This document shows, piece after piece, positions 28,129-37,565 of a stretch of 64,000 bases of DNA (position 1 is its first letter; every line of letters starts with the position of its first letter). A program made the translations under genes and the position numbers. The stretch lies in NCBI GenBank assembly GCA_038203615.1, contig JBBRDU010000001.1, positions 14,708 to 78,707 of the forward strand, in the 5' to 3' direction. The notes below the pieces were generated by a model. That model saw only the letters and a list, made by a program, of their open reading frames with translations, ran no database searches and was not told the origin of the DNA. The DNA comes from Chthoniobacterales bacterium. GTDB lineage: Bacteria > Verrucomicrobiota > Verrucomicrobiia > Chthoniobacterales > UBA10450.

Positions 28129-29895
28129 ATGGACTCAGGACCTGTCCCCGAAGACGACGGCGAATTCGGGCAGACCACGCGCGGTGTCGTCGGCGGCACC
28201 AAATTGTTTGATCGCTTCACCTTGCAAAAAGTGCTTGGCCGCGGCGGGATGGGCATGGTCTGGCTGGCCCGCGACGAACGGCTCGATCGACTCGTCGCGT
28301 TGAAACTCGTGCCCGAAACCGTCTGCTTTGACGCCTCCGCTCAGGAGGATTTGAAACGTGAAACGCGCAAGAGCCTCATGCTGACGCACGCCAATATCGT
28401 GCGCATTTTTGATTTCATCGAGGACGGACACACCGCCGCCATCTCCATGGAATACGTCGATGGTTCGACTCTCTCGTCCCTGCGCGTGAAGAAGCCGGCC
28501 AAATGCTTCGAAGTGAGCGAGATTTCCAGCTGGGCCTCTTCTCTCTGCGACGCTCTCACCTACGCGCACGGCACGGCCGCCGTCATCCATCGCGATCTCA
28601 AACCGGCCAACCTCATGGTCAACAGCCGGAACGAACTGAAAGTGACCGATTTCGGGATCGCCTGCACCCTGCGCGATTCCATGAGTTGTGTGAGCGTGCG
28701 CACCTCCAGCGGAACTCTGAATTATATGAGCCCGCAACAGCTTCTCGGCGAGGACCCGGCGGCGGCGGATGATATCTACGCGATGGGCGCGACGCTTTAC
28801 GAAATGCTTTCGAGCAAGCCTCCCTTCTATAGCGGCGACGTCGCCTCGCAGGTGCGCGATGTGATCGCGCCAACGGTGGGGCAACGGCGCGCCAAGTTTG
28901 GCATCCAGGGCGAATCGATTCCCAAGTATTGGGAGGAAACGCTCGCCCAATGTTTGGCCAAGGATCCTGAGCATCGTCCTCGCACCCCGGCCGATGTCGC
29001 GCGCCGCCTTCGTCTGAACGGTCCTGTGCGCGTTACGACGGAAAAGCGCAAGCCGATGTTCTCTGTCGACACGCGCATAGCGGCGCTGGCCGGCGGCGTC
29101 GTCTTGCTGATCGCGGCGCTCTCTCTCATTGTCAATCGTCCGCCCAAAGCGCCACCTGTTGCCACGACCGCGGCGCCCAAAGCGGCGCCGGCCACCGGCT
29201 ACGCCGTGGAAAAATCCAGAAAGCCCGACCCGTCGCCACCAACTTCGGTTAATCCTGAACCTCCCTCAATCGAGGAACATCCGACCGTCGTAGAATCGAC
29301 GTCCGCGATCGTGAAGACGCTGTCGAAAAATGCGAACTTGCAGTTAACGACCACGCCCAGCGGCGCGACGTTCTCGGTCTATCCGGGCGTGATTGCCGGT
29401 AACACCGCGCCGGGCGCAACGCCTCTTCGCACCGGATCGGCGCCCAATGCGGTGGAGAATCTTCCGCCCGGCCGTTACACCCTCTTCTTTCATCATGAAG
29501 GCTGGCCGGATGATCGCGCCGAAATCACAGTCAATGCCGGCGAGAACGTCCCGGTCGATTACACTTTCCCTCACGGGAGCGCCACGATCACGAGCGTGCC
29601 GGATGGGGCCGAGATCTTTTTTGGCTCTCATTCGCTGGGACAGACGCCGCTCACGGTGGACCTGCCGTTAGGCAAACAGAAGCTCGTCGCGCGTTACCCG
29701 GAATTATCCGACAAAAGCCAGACCGTCACGATCGCGACCTCGGCGGAAGCAAAAGTGACTTTCCAAATGAAATCGCAAAGCAGTCATTCCTCCCGGTCGA
29801 GAGCCACGCCCACTCCGAATGCCATGGATAAGATCGGGCAAAGCTTCAAGCACCTCTTCGGGGGCAAGGCCCCGCCCGCGCGCAAAAAGAAGTGA
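28129..29895 (+). CDS. Ser/Thr protein kinase with a TM segment and C-terminal PEGA-like domains
   Basis: GRGGMGMVWLA, ALK, HRDLKPANL, DFG, SPQ. PEGA-like repeats (TTPSGATFSVYPG; SVPDGAEIFFGSHSLGQTPL). Start taken at ATG 28129. Confidence 0.85.
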   Translation: MDSGPVPEDDGEFGQTTRGVVGGTKLFDRFTLQKVLGRGGMGMVWLARDERLDRLVALKLVPETVCFDASAQEDLKRETRKSLMLTHANIVRIFDFIEDGHTAAISMEYVDGSTLSSLRVKKPAKCFEVSEISSWASSLCDALTYAHGTAAVIHRDLKPANLMVNSRNELKVTDFGIACTLRDSMSCVSVRTSSGTLNYMSPQQLLGEDPAAADDIYAMGATLYEMLSSKPPFYSGDVASQVRDVIAPTVGQRRAKFGIQGESIPKYWEETLAQCLAKDPEHRPRTPADVARRLRLNGPVRVTTEKRKPMFSVDTRIAALAGGVVLLIAALSLIVNRPPKAPPVATTAAPKAAPATGYAVEKSRKPDPSPPTSVNPEPPSIEEHPTVVESTSAIVKTLSKNANLQLTTTPSGATFSVYPGVIAGNTAPGATPLRTGSAPNAVENLPPGRYTLFFHHEGWPDDRAEITVNAGENVPVDYTFPHGSATITSVPDGAEIFFGSHSLGQTPLTVDLPLGKQKLVARYPELSDKSQTVTIATSAEAKVTFQMKSQSSHSSRSRATPTPNAMDKIGQSFKHLFGGKAPPARKKK

Positions 29896-29898
29896 AGT

Positions 29899-29921
29899 AA
29901 AAGCGGCAGGACGCCGCTTTT
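29899..29921 (+). terminator. rho-independent terminator after the kinase gene
   Basis: AAAAGCGGC-AGGAC-GCCGCTTTT, starting 4 nt after the TGA. Confidence 0.7.
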
Positions 29922-30125
29922 ACGTGTCCCTCGGCGCTGCTTGCGTCCTCTGCTGGTTCCCCAATTCGTGGCGAAAACCCCGTCTTCTGTAGGGGAAGCT
30001 GTCAGCTTCCCGTCACCCAGGTAGGGATGGCTCTTCGAGCCGTCCGGCCTCGACGCGCCTTCTTCAGGTTTCCCGGAAAAATGGCTACTGGATTCACGCC
30101 CCAGTTTTGATAGTGTTCTAATTCC

Positions 30126-32207
30126 GTGAACGATACTCCCGCCTCGCCCGACAACAGCGCTCCGGCCGTGGCTGGCCCGGCGCCCTCCGAACGCGCTGAT
30201 TTGCGTCCGGAAAATATTCGGGACGCCGTTATCCGGCTGGCCGGTAATTCCCAGGATGGAATTCAATCCGCTGGCGCCTTTCTCGCGCGGTTAGCCGGGC
30301 GTAGCGACCAGGAAGTCATGACCTACATGACGATCCCCGCCACCATTTCCGGGGGCCCATCCATTTTTCAGGTTCGCATGGGCACGGGCGAAGTGCTCTC
30401 GGCCGGCGACGAAGCCGATTTCCTCGTCGCGTTCTATCAGCACAGTTACCAGGATCACATCGACTTCCTCAAAGAAGGCGGCGTGCTCCTTTACGATTCG
30501 GACAACGTGGAGCCGAACCTCGACGACAAACGTTTCGTTTACGTTGGCGTGCCCATCACCGGTTTAACGGTCGAGGCGCTTGGTGGAACGGCCAAGGACA
30601 AGGGCAAAAACATTTTTGTGCTCGGTCTGATCTCGAAAATTTTCACCCTCGACATCGAGAAATTGACTACCCTGATCAAAGAAAAATTCTCCGGGAAAGA
30701 CGAGAGCATCGTCAACACCGCCATCATGGCGTTTACGGCCGGTTACGCCTATCCGGTTGGGAAAGTTCTCTCGCATCAATATCAATTCGAGAAGGTGGAA
30801 AAGGTGGCCGGCAGCCGCGATCAGATCACGATGGATGGCAATCAGGCGCTGGCCTACGGATTGATCGCGGCGGGCGTCCGCTACGGAGCCGGTTATCCGA
30901 TTACGCCATGGTCGTCCGTCATGGAAGTGCTACGGAGCGAGTTTCCCAAATACGGCGGCATGTTTGTGCAGGCGGAGGACGAACTAGGCGCGGTTTCATT
31001 GGCGCTCGGCTTTTCCTATTCGGGATACCTGGCTGTCACGGGCAGCGCCGGACCGGGCATCTCATTGAAGACGGAAGCGATCGGCTGGGCCTCCATGGCC
31101 GAGATCCCGCTCATTATTATCAATGTGCAACGAGGCGGCCCCAGCACGGGCTTGCCCACCAACGTCGAGCAAAGCGATCTGCACCAGGCCATTTACGGTG
31201 GGCACGGTGACAGCCCGCGCGTCGTGCTCGCCGCCAAAACGGTGGAAGACTGCTTTTATATCGCGCTCGAAGCGGCGCGCATCGCGCGCGAGTACAGCAC
31301 GCCGGTCTTTATCCTGAGCGACACCTCGCTGGCTACGCGGATCGAGGCGTTCGATGAACCGAAACTGGCTGAGCTGATGCAGGATCCCAAGCCCGACTTG
31401 ACGCCACGGGAAGGATCGAAGCCTTACGATCTTGCCCGAATCACCCAGCACGTTCCGCCCGGCACGCGCATGTTGGATGGGAAATATCCACTCGTGACCG
31501 GCCTGGAGCACGATGAAATGGGGCACCCGACCGGAAGTCCCAAATTGCACATGGCCATGACGGCCAAGCGCCGCGCCAAGTTGCAAAAACTGGCTGAGGA
31601 AATCCCGGTCCCGGAAGTTTTCTGCGATCCCGAGGGCGACGTCCTGCTCGTTGGCTGGGGATCAACCTACGGCCCCATCCACGACGCGGCTAAACTCGGG
31701 CGGCAAAACGGGGAAAATGTCTCGGCCATCCATTTGCGTCACATTCATCCGTTGCCGAACGGGCTGGAAAAAATCTTTGCCAAATTTAAGCGCATCGTCG
31801 TGGTCGAGATGAACGACCAGGGCATCTACGGTTACGGCCAGCTCGCCACCATTCTGCGCGCGCGTTTCTGTGAACCCAAAATCGAAAGCCTGACCAAGAC
31901 CGATGGCCTCACCTATCGCGTCAAAGAGATTTTAGAAGGCGTCTTCAAGCGCCCCTTCGGCACCCGGTCGGCGTCGCCCAACGGCTCCTCTGCCAACGCC
32001 GGCAATGTAGCGACGGCCGTGTCGGCCGCAGAGAACAAGGTTTCATCCCGAGCCGAAAACGCCGGCGATACCACGCCGACAAAACCCGGCACCGAAGCTG
32101 CCGACGCTTCCTCCGGCCTCAAAGATCATTCCAAACATCCGCCCACCGAGCGCGCCGAAAGCGCCGAGGTCGCTCTCTCCGGCTCCGCCGAAGAAAACAA
32201 AAAATGA
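30126..32207 (+). CDS. korA: 2-oxoglutarate:ferredoxin oxidoreductase alpha subunit, with a ~85-aa low-complexity C-terminal tail
   Basis: 2-oxoacid:acceptor oxidoreductase alpha-type sequence (..AGNSQDGIQSAG.., ..GYPITPWS.., ..VQRGGPSTGLPT..). GTG start. Confidence 0.85.
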   Translation: MNDTPASPDNSAPAVAGPAPSERADLRPENIRDAVIRLAGNSQDGIQSAGAFLARLAGRSDQEVMTYMTIPATISGGPSIFQVRMGTGEVLSAGDEADFLVAFYQHSYQDHIDFLKEGGVLLYDSDNVEPNLDDKRFVYVGVPITGLTVEALGGTAKDKGKNIFVLGLISKIFTLDIEKLTTLIKEKFSGKDESIVNTAIMAFTAGYAYPVGKVLSHQYQFEKVEKVAGSRDQITMDGNQALAYGLIAAGVRYGAGYPITPWSSVMEVLRSEFPKYGGMFVQAEDELGAVSLALGFSYSGYLAVTGSAGPGISLKTEAIGWASMAEIPLIIINVQRGGPSTGLPTNVEQSDLHQAIYGGHGDSPRVVLAAKTVEDCFYIALEAARIAREYSTPVFILSDTSLATRIEAFDEPKLAELMQDPKPDLTPREGSKPYDLARITQHVPPGTRMLDGKYPLVTGLEHDEMGHPTGSPKLHMAMTAKRRAKLQKLAEEIPVPEVFCDPEGDVLLVGWGSTYGPIHDAAKLGRQNGENVSAIHLRHIHPLPNGLEKIFAKFKRIVVVEMNDQGIYGYGQLATILRARFCEPKIESLTKTDGLTYRVKEILEGVFKRPFGTRSASPNGSSANAGNVATAVSAAENKVSSRAENAGDTTPTKPGTEAADASSGLKDHSKHPPTERAESAEVALSGSAEENKK

Positions 32208-32331
32208 TGCAAATTAATCTGGGAACTAGGAGTGGATCGGACCGATGGGAGCGCACGCTTCCGGAGAGCACAGGGGGCTCCCCTGTTGTCTTCGGCGGCT
32301 CGCCGAAGATTCTTAAATTAACTTTCCATTT

Positions 32332-33267
32332 ATGAGCGACACAGTCACAACCGCCGAACCACCCCGCGAGAAACTCACCAAGAAAGCAATCACGGCCGAT
32401 CACCCAACCTGGTGCCCCGGTTGCGGCGATTTCGCCGTGCTCGCTTCCTATTACAAGGTGCTGGAGAAACGCCAGATCGATCACGAGAAAATCGTCACGC
32501 TCGCCGGGATCGGCTGTTCCTCCCGTTTTCCCTATTTCGTCAACGGTCACGGCGCTCACTTCATCCACGGTCGCGCCGTCCCGCTCGCCTCCGGCATCAG
32601 CCTGGCCCGGCCTGATCTACACGTCTTCCTGTTTGGCGGCGACGGCGACGGCTTCTCCATCGGGGGCAATCACCTCGAGCACGGCGCGCGCAAGAACATT
32701 AACATGGTCTACTTCATCATGGACAATTTCGTCTATGGCCTGACCAAGAAGCAGACGTCCCCGACGTCGCCCATCGGCTTCAAGAGCAAGACCGACCCGA
32801 CCGGCTCGATCGATCAGCCAGTCAACCCGATGAAGAAACTGATCAGTGCCGGGGCTAGCTTCATCGCGCGCACCCACGCCACTCAGGTCAATCACATGAT
32901 CCAAATGATCGAGCGCGCCATGGATCACCCAGGGTTTTCAGTGATCGAGTGTTTAAGTGAATGCGTAGAATTCTTCCCCGGCGTCTTCGACCCGGCCAAC
33001 CCAAGGAAGGGCGGCGCCTTTGAAGTGATCGAGGAAAAAAAATACGACAACACCCCCGAGGACGACCTCCGCCACGACGTCACCGACGAACTCGCGGCCT
33101 ACAAACTGGCGCAAATCCCCTTCCCCGGCGTCTTCGGCGTCTTCTACCAGAACGACAGGCCTACGAAGAATGCCCTGGAGAAAAAGTGGATCGACACGAC
33201 GCGCGAAAAGGTCGGCCACGCCAGCGATCTCCAATTACTTCAGAAAACATTCGATCGAATGAAGTGA
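32332..33267 (+). CDS. korB: 2-oxoglutarate:ferredoxin oxidoreductase beta (TPP-binding) subunit
   Basis: WCPGCGDF, GIGCSSR, GGDGDGFSIGGNH. Confidence 0.9.
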   Translation: MSDTVTTAEPPREKLTKKAITADHPTWCPGCGDFAVLASYYKVLEKRQIDHEKIVTLAGIGCSSRFPYFVNGHGAHFIHGRAVPLASGISLARPDLHVFLFGGDGDGFSIGGNHLEHGARKNINMVYFIMDNFVYGLTKKQTSPTSPIGFKSKTDPTGSIDQPVNPMKKLISAGASFIARTHATQVNHMIQMIERAMDHPGFSVIECLSECVEFFPGVFDPANPRKGGAFEVIEEKKYDNTPEDDLRHDVTDELAAYKLAQIPFPGVFGVFYQNDRPTKNALEKKWIDTTREKVGHASDLQLLQKTFDRMK

Positions 33268-33372
33268 GGGTGGGAGCGGCCTGAACGTGGGAGGGGCCTC
33301 CCTGGTGCGCCGTAGCCTTGGCGAAGAAGACAGTGCCGCGACTCTGGATGCTAGATGCCCCTGCCGGGGAGC

Positions 33373-33414
33373 GCACGCGCCCTCGCGTGCTGGTGATGGC
33401 GCCCTTGCCATCAC
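33373..33414. repeat. double GC hairpin of an interspersed repeat
   Basis: GCACGCG-CCCT-CGCGTGC (33373-33390) and GTGATGGC-GCCCTT-GCCATCAC (33393-33414). A related GGGAGCGCACGC start is seen in the korA-korB spacer (~32258). GTGGGAGGGGCC.TGGTGC occurs at ~33287 and ~37243. Confidence 0.6.
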
Positions 33415-33484
33415 GAACTTGAAGAGATTTCTACTTTAGCCTCCCGCTCGCGAAACCGTTCGGAGTTCTACTTCCTACTTTCAG

Positions 33485-34258
33485 CTAAATCGGCTTTTCG
33501 TTGCGAGCGAGACGCACTGCTTCCTCATCGTCGGTCTCTTTCCAGTACTCCGCGAAGTTGGTGTCATCGTGCTTCGACGATGGCACTCGATCCATCAGAG
33601 AAGAGAGCCAGCGCGGCGGAGTCTTGGGTTGATATTGGGGAAGGGCAAGGCTGCAATTGAGCAAAGCCTTGAGAAAGATGAAGACGCCGAAGAAATTCCG
33701 GTCAGCGCCGGTGAACATGACTGCCGCCATACCGCCTATGATGGTGAGGTGAACCACGATGACGCGGCTGAAGGTGATCTGGCCGAGTTTTTCGATCCAG
33801 GCGAACGGTTCGTCCCGCAGCCGCGTGAGATCAAAGAAGAAATCGGCGACTTGAAAGACCGCGATCCCTAACAACCCCGTCAGCAACGAGTGCACGTCGA
33901 CCCGCGCTTCCACGCTGTGCAGATTGACAACCATCATGAAGCCGAGCACGACCAGAAAAATCCCGTGGACGAACGTGAACGCCAGGGCCGGGACGAGGAA
34001 CGCCGTCAAATAAGTCGAGCCGCGTCCGGCCGATGATGACGACGCTCCCTGAGTTTGCGGCGCGCGATAATCCCAATGGCCTTTGCTCGGCCGGAAGCGG
34101 CGATGGATAATAATGCGGGCGGCCACCAGCACCGTGCCGATCAGCGTTTCCAGCCAATAAAGCAGCAGGGTGGTGCCAGCCGACCATTCGCCCACGAACC
34201 AGCCCAGGGCCGGCACGGCATTCAGCCCGATCGCGGTGAAAAGAGACCAAAACCCCAT
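33485..34258 (-). CDS. polytopic membrane protein (resembles the DUF6498 family)
   Basis: 257 aa with about 6 hydrophobic segments. The N-terminus ..NAVPALGWFVGEWSAGTTLLLYWLETLIG.. matches my memory of DUF6498. Confidence 0.55.
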   Translation of the reverse strand: MGFWSLFTAIGLNAVPALGWFVGEWSAGTTLLLYWLETLIGTVLVAARIIIHRRFRPSKGHWDYRAPQTQGASSSSAGRGSTYLTAFLVPALAFTFVHGIFLVVLGFMMVVNLHSVEARVDVHSLLTGLLGIAVFQVADFFFDLTRLRDEPFAWIEKLGQITFSRVIVVHLTIIGGMAAVMFTGADRNFFGVFIFLKALLNCSLALPQYQPKTPPRWLSSLMDRVPSSKHDDTNFAEYWKETDDEEAVRLARNEKPI

Positions 34259-34523
34259 CGAGCCGGAGAGGCTACCGGGACCCGCGTAAACTCACCAGCA
34301 ACAATCCCGGGTAGCGCACCCGTCTCGCCTGCCCGCCGTGGTGGGAGCGCTGGTCGCGATGTCTCGCCGCGACGAACTTCCTGTTCTGCCTACCATCCGC
34401 GAAATCCGTGTCATCCGTGGTTAAAAATTCTTCCTCTTCGAAATCTGTGAAAATCTGCGCAATCTGCAGGCAATTTTTTCTGAATCCAAACCCAAGGCAG
34501 CCCGCATCCAATCATTACAAGCC

Positions 34524-34910
34524 ATGGAAACGACACCCTCATCCCCACCGCTCACCGCTCCCTCCGTCACCCTCACCAACGTCCGCACATGGGCCGCGCT
34601 TTGTCATGCCAGCGCTTTGCTCGGCGTCTTCCTCCATTTCCCCGGCCACCTTCTCGGGCCATTGATTGTCTGGCTGACGAAGCGTGGCGACTCGGTCGAG
34701 ATCGACGCGCACGGCAAGGAAGCGCTCAACTTCCAGATCTCCATGCTGATTTACAACGTCGTTGCCGCAGTCTTTTGCCTGATCCTGATCGGCTTCGTCT
34801 TTCTCGCCATCCTCTGGGTCCTGAACGCAATCCTAGTCATCATCGCCGCCATCCAGGCGAGCGAAGGCAAATTCTACCGCTACCCAATGACCATCCGGTT
34901 CCTCCAATAA
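34524..34910 (+). CDS. DUF4870-family small membrane protein
   Basis: ..WAALCHASALLG..GPLIVWLTKRG.S..IDAHGKEALNFQIS.. Confidence 0.7.
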   Translation: METTPSSPPLTAPSVTLTNVRTWAALCHASALLGVFLHFPGHLLGPLIVWLTKRGDSVEIDAHGKEALNFQISMLIYNVVAAVFCLILIGFVFLAILWVLNAILVIIAAIQASEGKFYRYPMTIRFLQ

Positions 34911-34934
34911 CGGTGAAGAGTGGGAAGTTTTAAG

Positions 34935-35002
34935 AAGAGAATTATTTTAACCGCGGATCCGCCTACGTCGAGGCTACGGCGCGACAGGTTACGCGGATTT
35001 CA
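34935..35002 (+). repeat. 68-nt interspersed repeat, copy X1
   Basis: 58/68 identical to 36145-36212 (..ACCGCGGATCCGCCTACGTCGAGGCTACGGCGCGACAGGTTACGCGGAT..). A more diverged copy lies near 40940-40990. Confidence 0.8.
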
Positions 35003-35086
35003 CAGATGGGGATGAGGCAGGCCGCTCTAACGCTTCACGCGGCGAAGCTGCGCCGCCTGCGCAGGCGCTTTCAGCTTTTCAGCGTG

Positions 35087-35650
35087 TCAGCTTTTCTCTG
35101 TGATCGCCGCTTTAGGGCCGCTGAGGCTTTTGCTATAGAACCCAGACCGATCGAAGCAGCAAGGGCGGCGCTTCCCGGCAATGAGCATCGAGCAGGCACT
35201 CTTGATCCGACGCGTGCGAGTCTCTGGCTGCTTGGCGGAGGTGATCCAGTGGATCCAATCTCTGCGCGCCATGGGCGTGATGTCCGACCACAACGCTCGC
35301 GCCTTCGGGACGGCCGCGAGAGCCTTCCGCAGATCCGCCGGCACCTTTGGTTCCGGCTCCTCTCCCACCGGCGCAATCTCCAGTGTGATGTCGTCGCCTG
35401 CGTCCGCGCCCGCCGCTTCGCTCATCTTCCGATTCACTTTGAGCCAGTGACCTTTTTGGCCGTCTGGCTCGAGCGTGGCTTGAAACGGGAAGCCATTGAT
35501 GGTGCCATCGACCGTCGTCATGCCCCGCGAGGGGAGCTTCGCACTGGCATCTTTGGGCAGAGTAAGAAAGGTCCAGGAGCCGGCCTTCTCGGTCGCCGCC
35601 GGCCGGAAGAGTTTCGCGCTAAAACGGATCTTAGAAGCGGTTCTGGTCAT
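35087..35650 (-). CDS. DUF1905 + YdeI/OmpD-associated family protein
   Basis: ..SWTFLTLPKDASAKLPSRG...VDGTINGFPFQATLEPDG.. (DUF1905-like), then ..WSDITPMARRDWIHWITSAKQPETRTRRI.. (YdeI-like). Confidence 0.75.
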   Translation of the reverse strand: MTRTASKIRFSAKLFRPAATEKAGSWTFLTLPKDASAKLPSRGMTTVDGTINGFPFQATLEPDGQKGHWLKVNRKMSEAAGADAGDDITLEIAPVGEEPEPKVPADLRKALAAVPKARALWSDITPMARRDWIHWITSAKQPETRTRRIKSACSMLIAGKRRPCCFDRSGFYSKSLSGPKAAITEKS

Positions 35651-35828
35651 TTTTGCCTGGTAGCAGTGATAAGAATTTGGTTTTGGGCGCTACGCGGTTC
35701 GCTCGCTCAACCATGCCGGATGAAATGACCGTGCCGTTTGTGATGACGGTCGTGCCGGAAGACGTGGCCTCTGTGCGAGTTGCTCACATTCCGCATTTCG
35801 CAATCCGCATTGCTTTCGTGCCTTTGTT

Positions 35829-36044
35829 TTATTCCTTCGATTCCGGGACGGCGCGTTCCGCAGCCTGAAACCCGATCTTCGAATGGGTGCCGTCGCAAAA
35901 CGGTTTCTCGGCCGATGCGCCGCAACGGCAGAGCGCCATGCGTGGCTCGGCCGGATAGACCTTGCCTTCGCTGTCTCTCAGTTCCACCTCGCCTTTTACG
36001 ATGTAAGGTCCGTTCTTGATTATCTCGATTGTGACTTCAGCCAT
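35829..36044 (-). CDS. CDGSH-type iron-sulfur domain protein
   Basis: CRCGASAEKPFCDGTH. Confidence 0.85.
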   Translation of the reverse strand: MAEVTIEIIKNGPYIVKGEVELRDSEGKVYPAEPRMALCRCGASAEKPFCDGTHSKIGFQAAERAVPESKE

Positions 36045-36144
36045 GCGGGCACTCTAACCGAATTCTCGCTCAAGGACGATCAACCCCGAAATGTTTCGGG
36101 GCCGTCCAAAGGCAGGCGAATCAACGCTCAACCATCACCTTCCA

Positions 36145-36212
36145 TTTCTACCGCGGACCCGCCTATGTCGACGCTACGGCGCGACAGGTTACACGGATCA
36201 CACGGATAGGGA
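36145..36212 (+). repeat. 68-nt interspersed repeat, copy X2
   Basis: See X1. It is in the same orientation, so the YdeI and CDGSH genes lie between direct repeats. Confidence 0.8.
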
Positions 36213-36351
36213 GCACAGATGAGTTGTAGGGCGAGCGCTCCGCTTGCCGCCTTCGGTAGCCAGGGTCGCTGACCCCGGTCTTGTTTCCGCAATCCGCATT
36301 GCCTTCGTACCTTCTCCTTCCTACCTTCTACTTTGTAGTATCCTCCCCACC

Positions 36352-37236
36352 ATGGAGATTCATCAGCTCCGGTATTTTGTGGCCGTCGCGGAGGAGGGCA
36401 GCTTCTCCCACGCGGCGGAACGCGAGCATGTGTCGCAGCCCTCGCTCAGCCAGCAAATCCAGAAGCTGGAGGCGGAGCTGGACCAGCAGTTGTTCGATCG
36501 CCTGCCGCGCGCGGTGGTCTTGACCGAGGCCGGCCGGCGCCTGCTTGAATACGCGAGAAAGATTCTGACCGGCATCGCCGATGCCCGCCGCTCGGTGGCG
36601 GCGCTCGAGGACGAAGTCGCCGGCCGACTCTCGGTCGGCGCGATCCCGTCGATCGCGCTCTATGTTCTGCCGCGGCTCATCGTTCGCTTCGAGCGGGCCT
36701 ACCCCAAAGTGACTTTCGAGCTGTTCGAGGACACGACCGACAAGCTGGCGCAGCGTTTGGAAAACGGCACCCTCGACGTCGTGCTCGCAACCTCGGGCGA
36801 CGAAATGCCCAAGCTCGCGCAGCATTCGTTGGGCCGGGAGCCGTTGCTCCTGCTCGTGCCGGCGAAGCATCGGCTGGCGCGGAAAAAAACCATCAAATGG
36901 AGCGATCTCGCCTCGGAGAAGTTTCTCCTCCTGCACGAAGCGCATGCGCTCTCGATCACGGTTCGGCGGTTGCTGGCCGCGAACCACCTCAAACCCGAGC
37001 TGGTCCTGCGAGGCGCGCAGCTCACCACCATCGCCGCGCTCGTGGCGGCCGGGCTCGGCGTAACGGTCGTGCCCGAAATGATGGTCCACAGCGAATTCGT
37101 GAAGGGATGCGTGGCCGTGCCCTTTGCCCGCCCGGTGCCGACGCGCGAGCTGGTTTTGCTGCGCAATCCGTTGCGCTTCGAGAGCAAAGCCGCCGCCGCC
37201 TTCCGCGAGGAAGCTGCCGCCGCCTTCCCGTCCTGA
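36352..37236 (+). CDS. LysR-family transcriptional regulator
   Basis: MEIHQLRYFVAVAEEGSFSHAAEREHVSQPSLSQQIQKLE. The ATG at 36352 is preferred over the track start at 36244. Confidence 0.9.
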   Translation: MEIHQLRYFVAVAEEGSFSHAAEREHVSQPSLSQQIQKLEAELDQQLFDRLPRAVVLTEAGRRLLEYARKILTGIADARRSVAALEDEVAGRLSVGAIPSIALYVLPRLIVRFERAYPKVTFELFEDTTDKLAQRLENGTLDVVLATSGDEMPKLAQHSLGREPLLLLVPAKHRLARKKTIKWSDLASEKFLLLHEAHALSITVRRLLAANHLKPELVLRGAQLTTIAALVAAGLGVTVVPEMMVHSEFVKGCVAVPFARPVPTRELVLLRNPLRFESKAAAAFREEAAAAFPS

Positions 37237-37565
37237 AAGAATGTGGGAGGGGCCTTGGTGCCGCGATTCTTCAGTCCGGATCTTACCTGATCAGGCTCAT
37301 GGCGTGAGCGAGGGTGAACATTGGCCAAATAGCGGTCAGAGCGATCATTGCGAAAAGAATGAACTCTGCGGCCACACTGGGCCGCTCAAGCTGGGCGGAG
37401 CGCGCGCTCAGGAAGCGAAAAGCGCGCAAGCGCAGGGAGGTCTTCGAATCAAGCAGCCGGCCGTTCGATGATTTGCCGCTGAGAGTTAATGTGTGCATGC
37501 GTGACTAACGATCAGGCGCGGCCCTCTTTGAAATACTTAGTGCCACTGCCTGCGATAGGCAGCGC

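Noticed and set aside
37283-37498. A 71-aa minus-strand ORF with a hydrophobic C-terminus (..AAEFILFAMIALTAIWPMFTLAHAMSLIR) at the left edge of the island.
   Set aside because: There is no family resemblance and no SD, and an equally long ORF exists on the other strand. It is possible, but the sequence alone does not support it.
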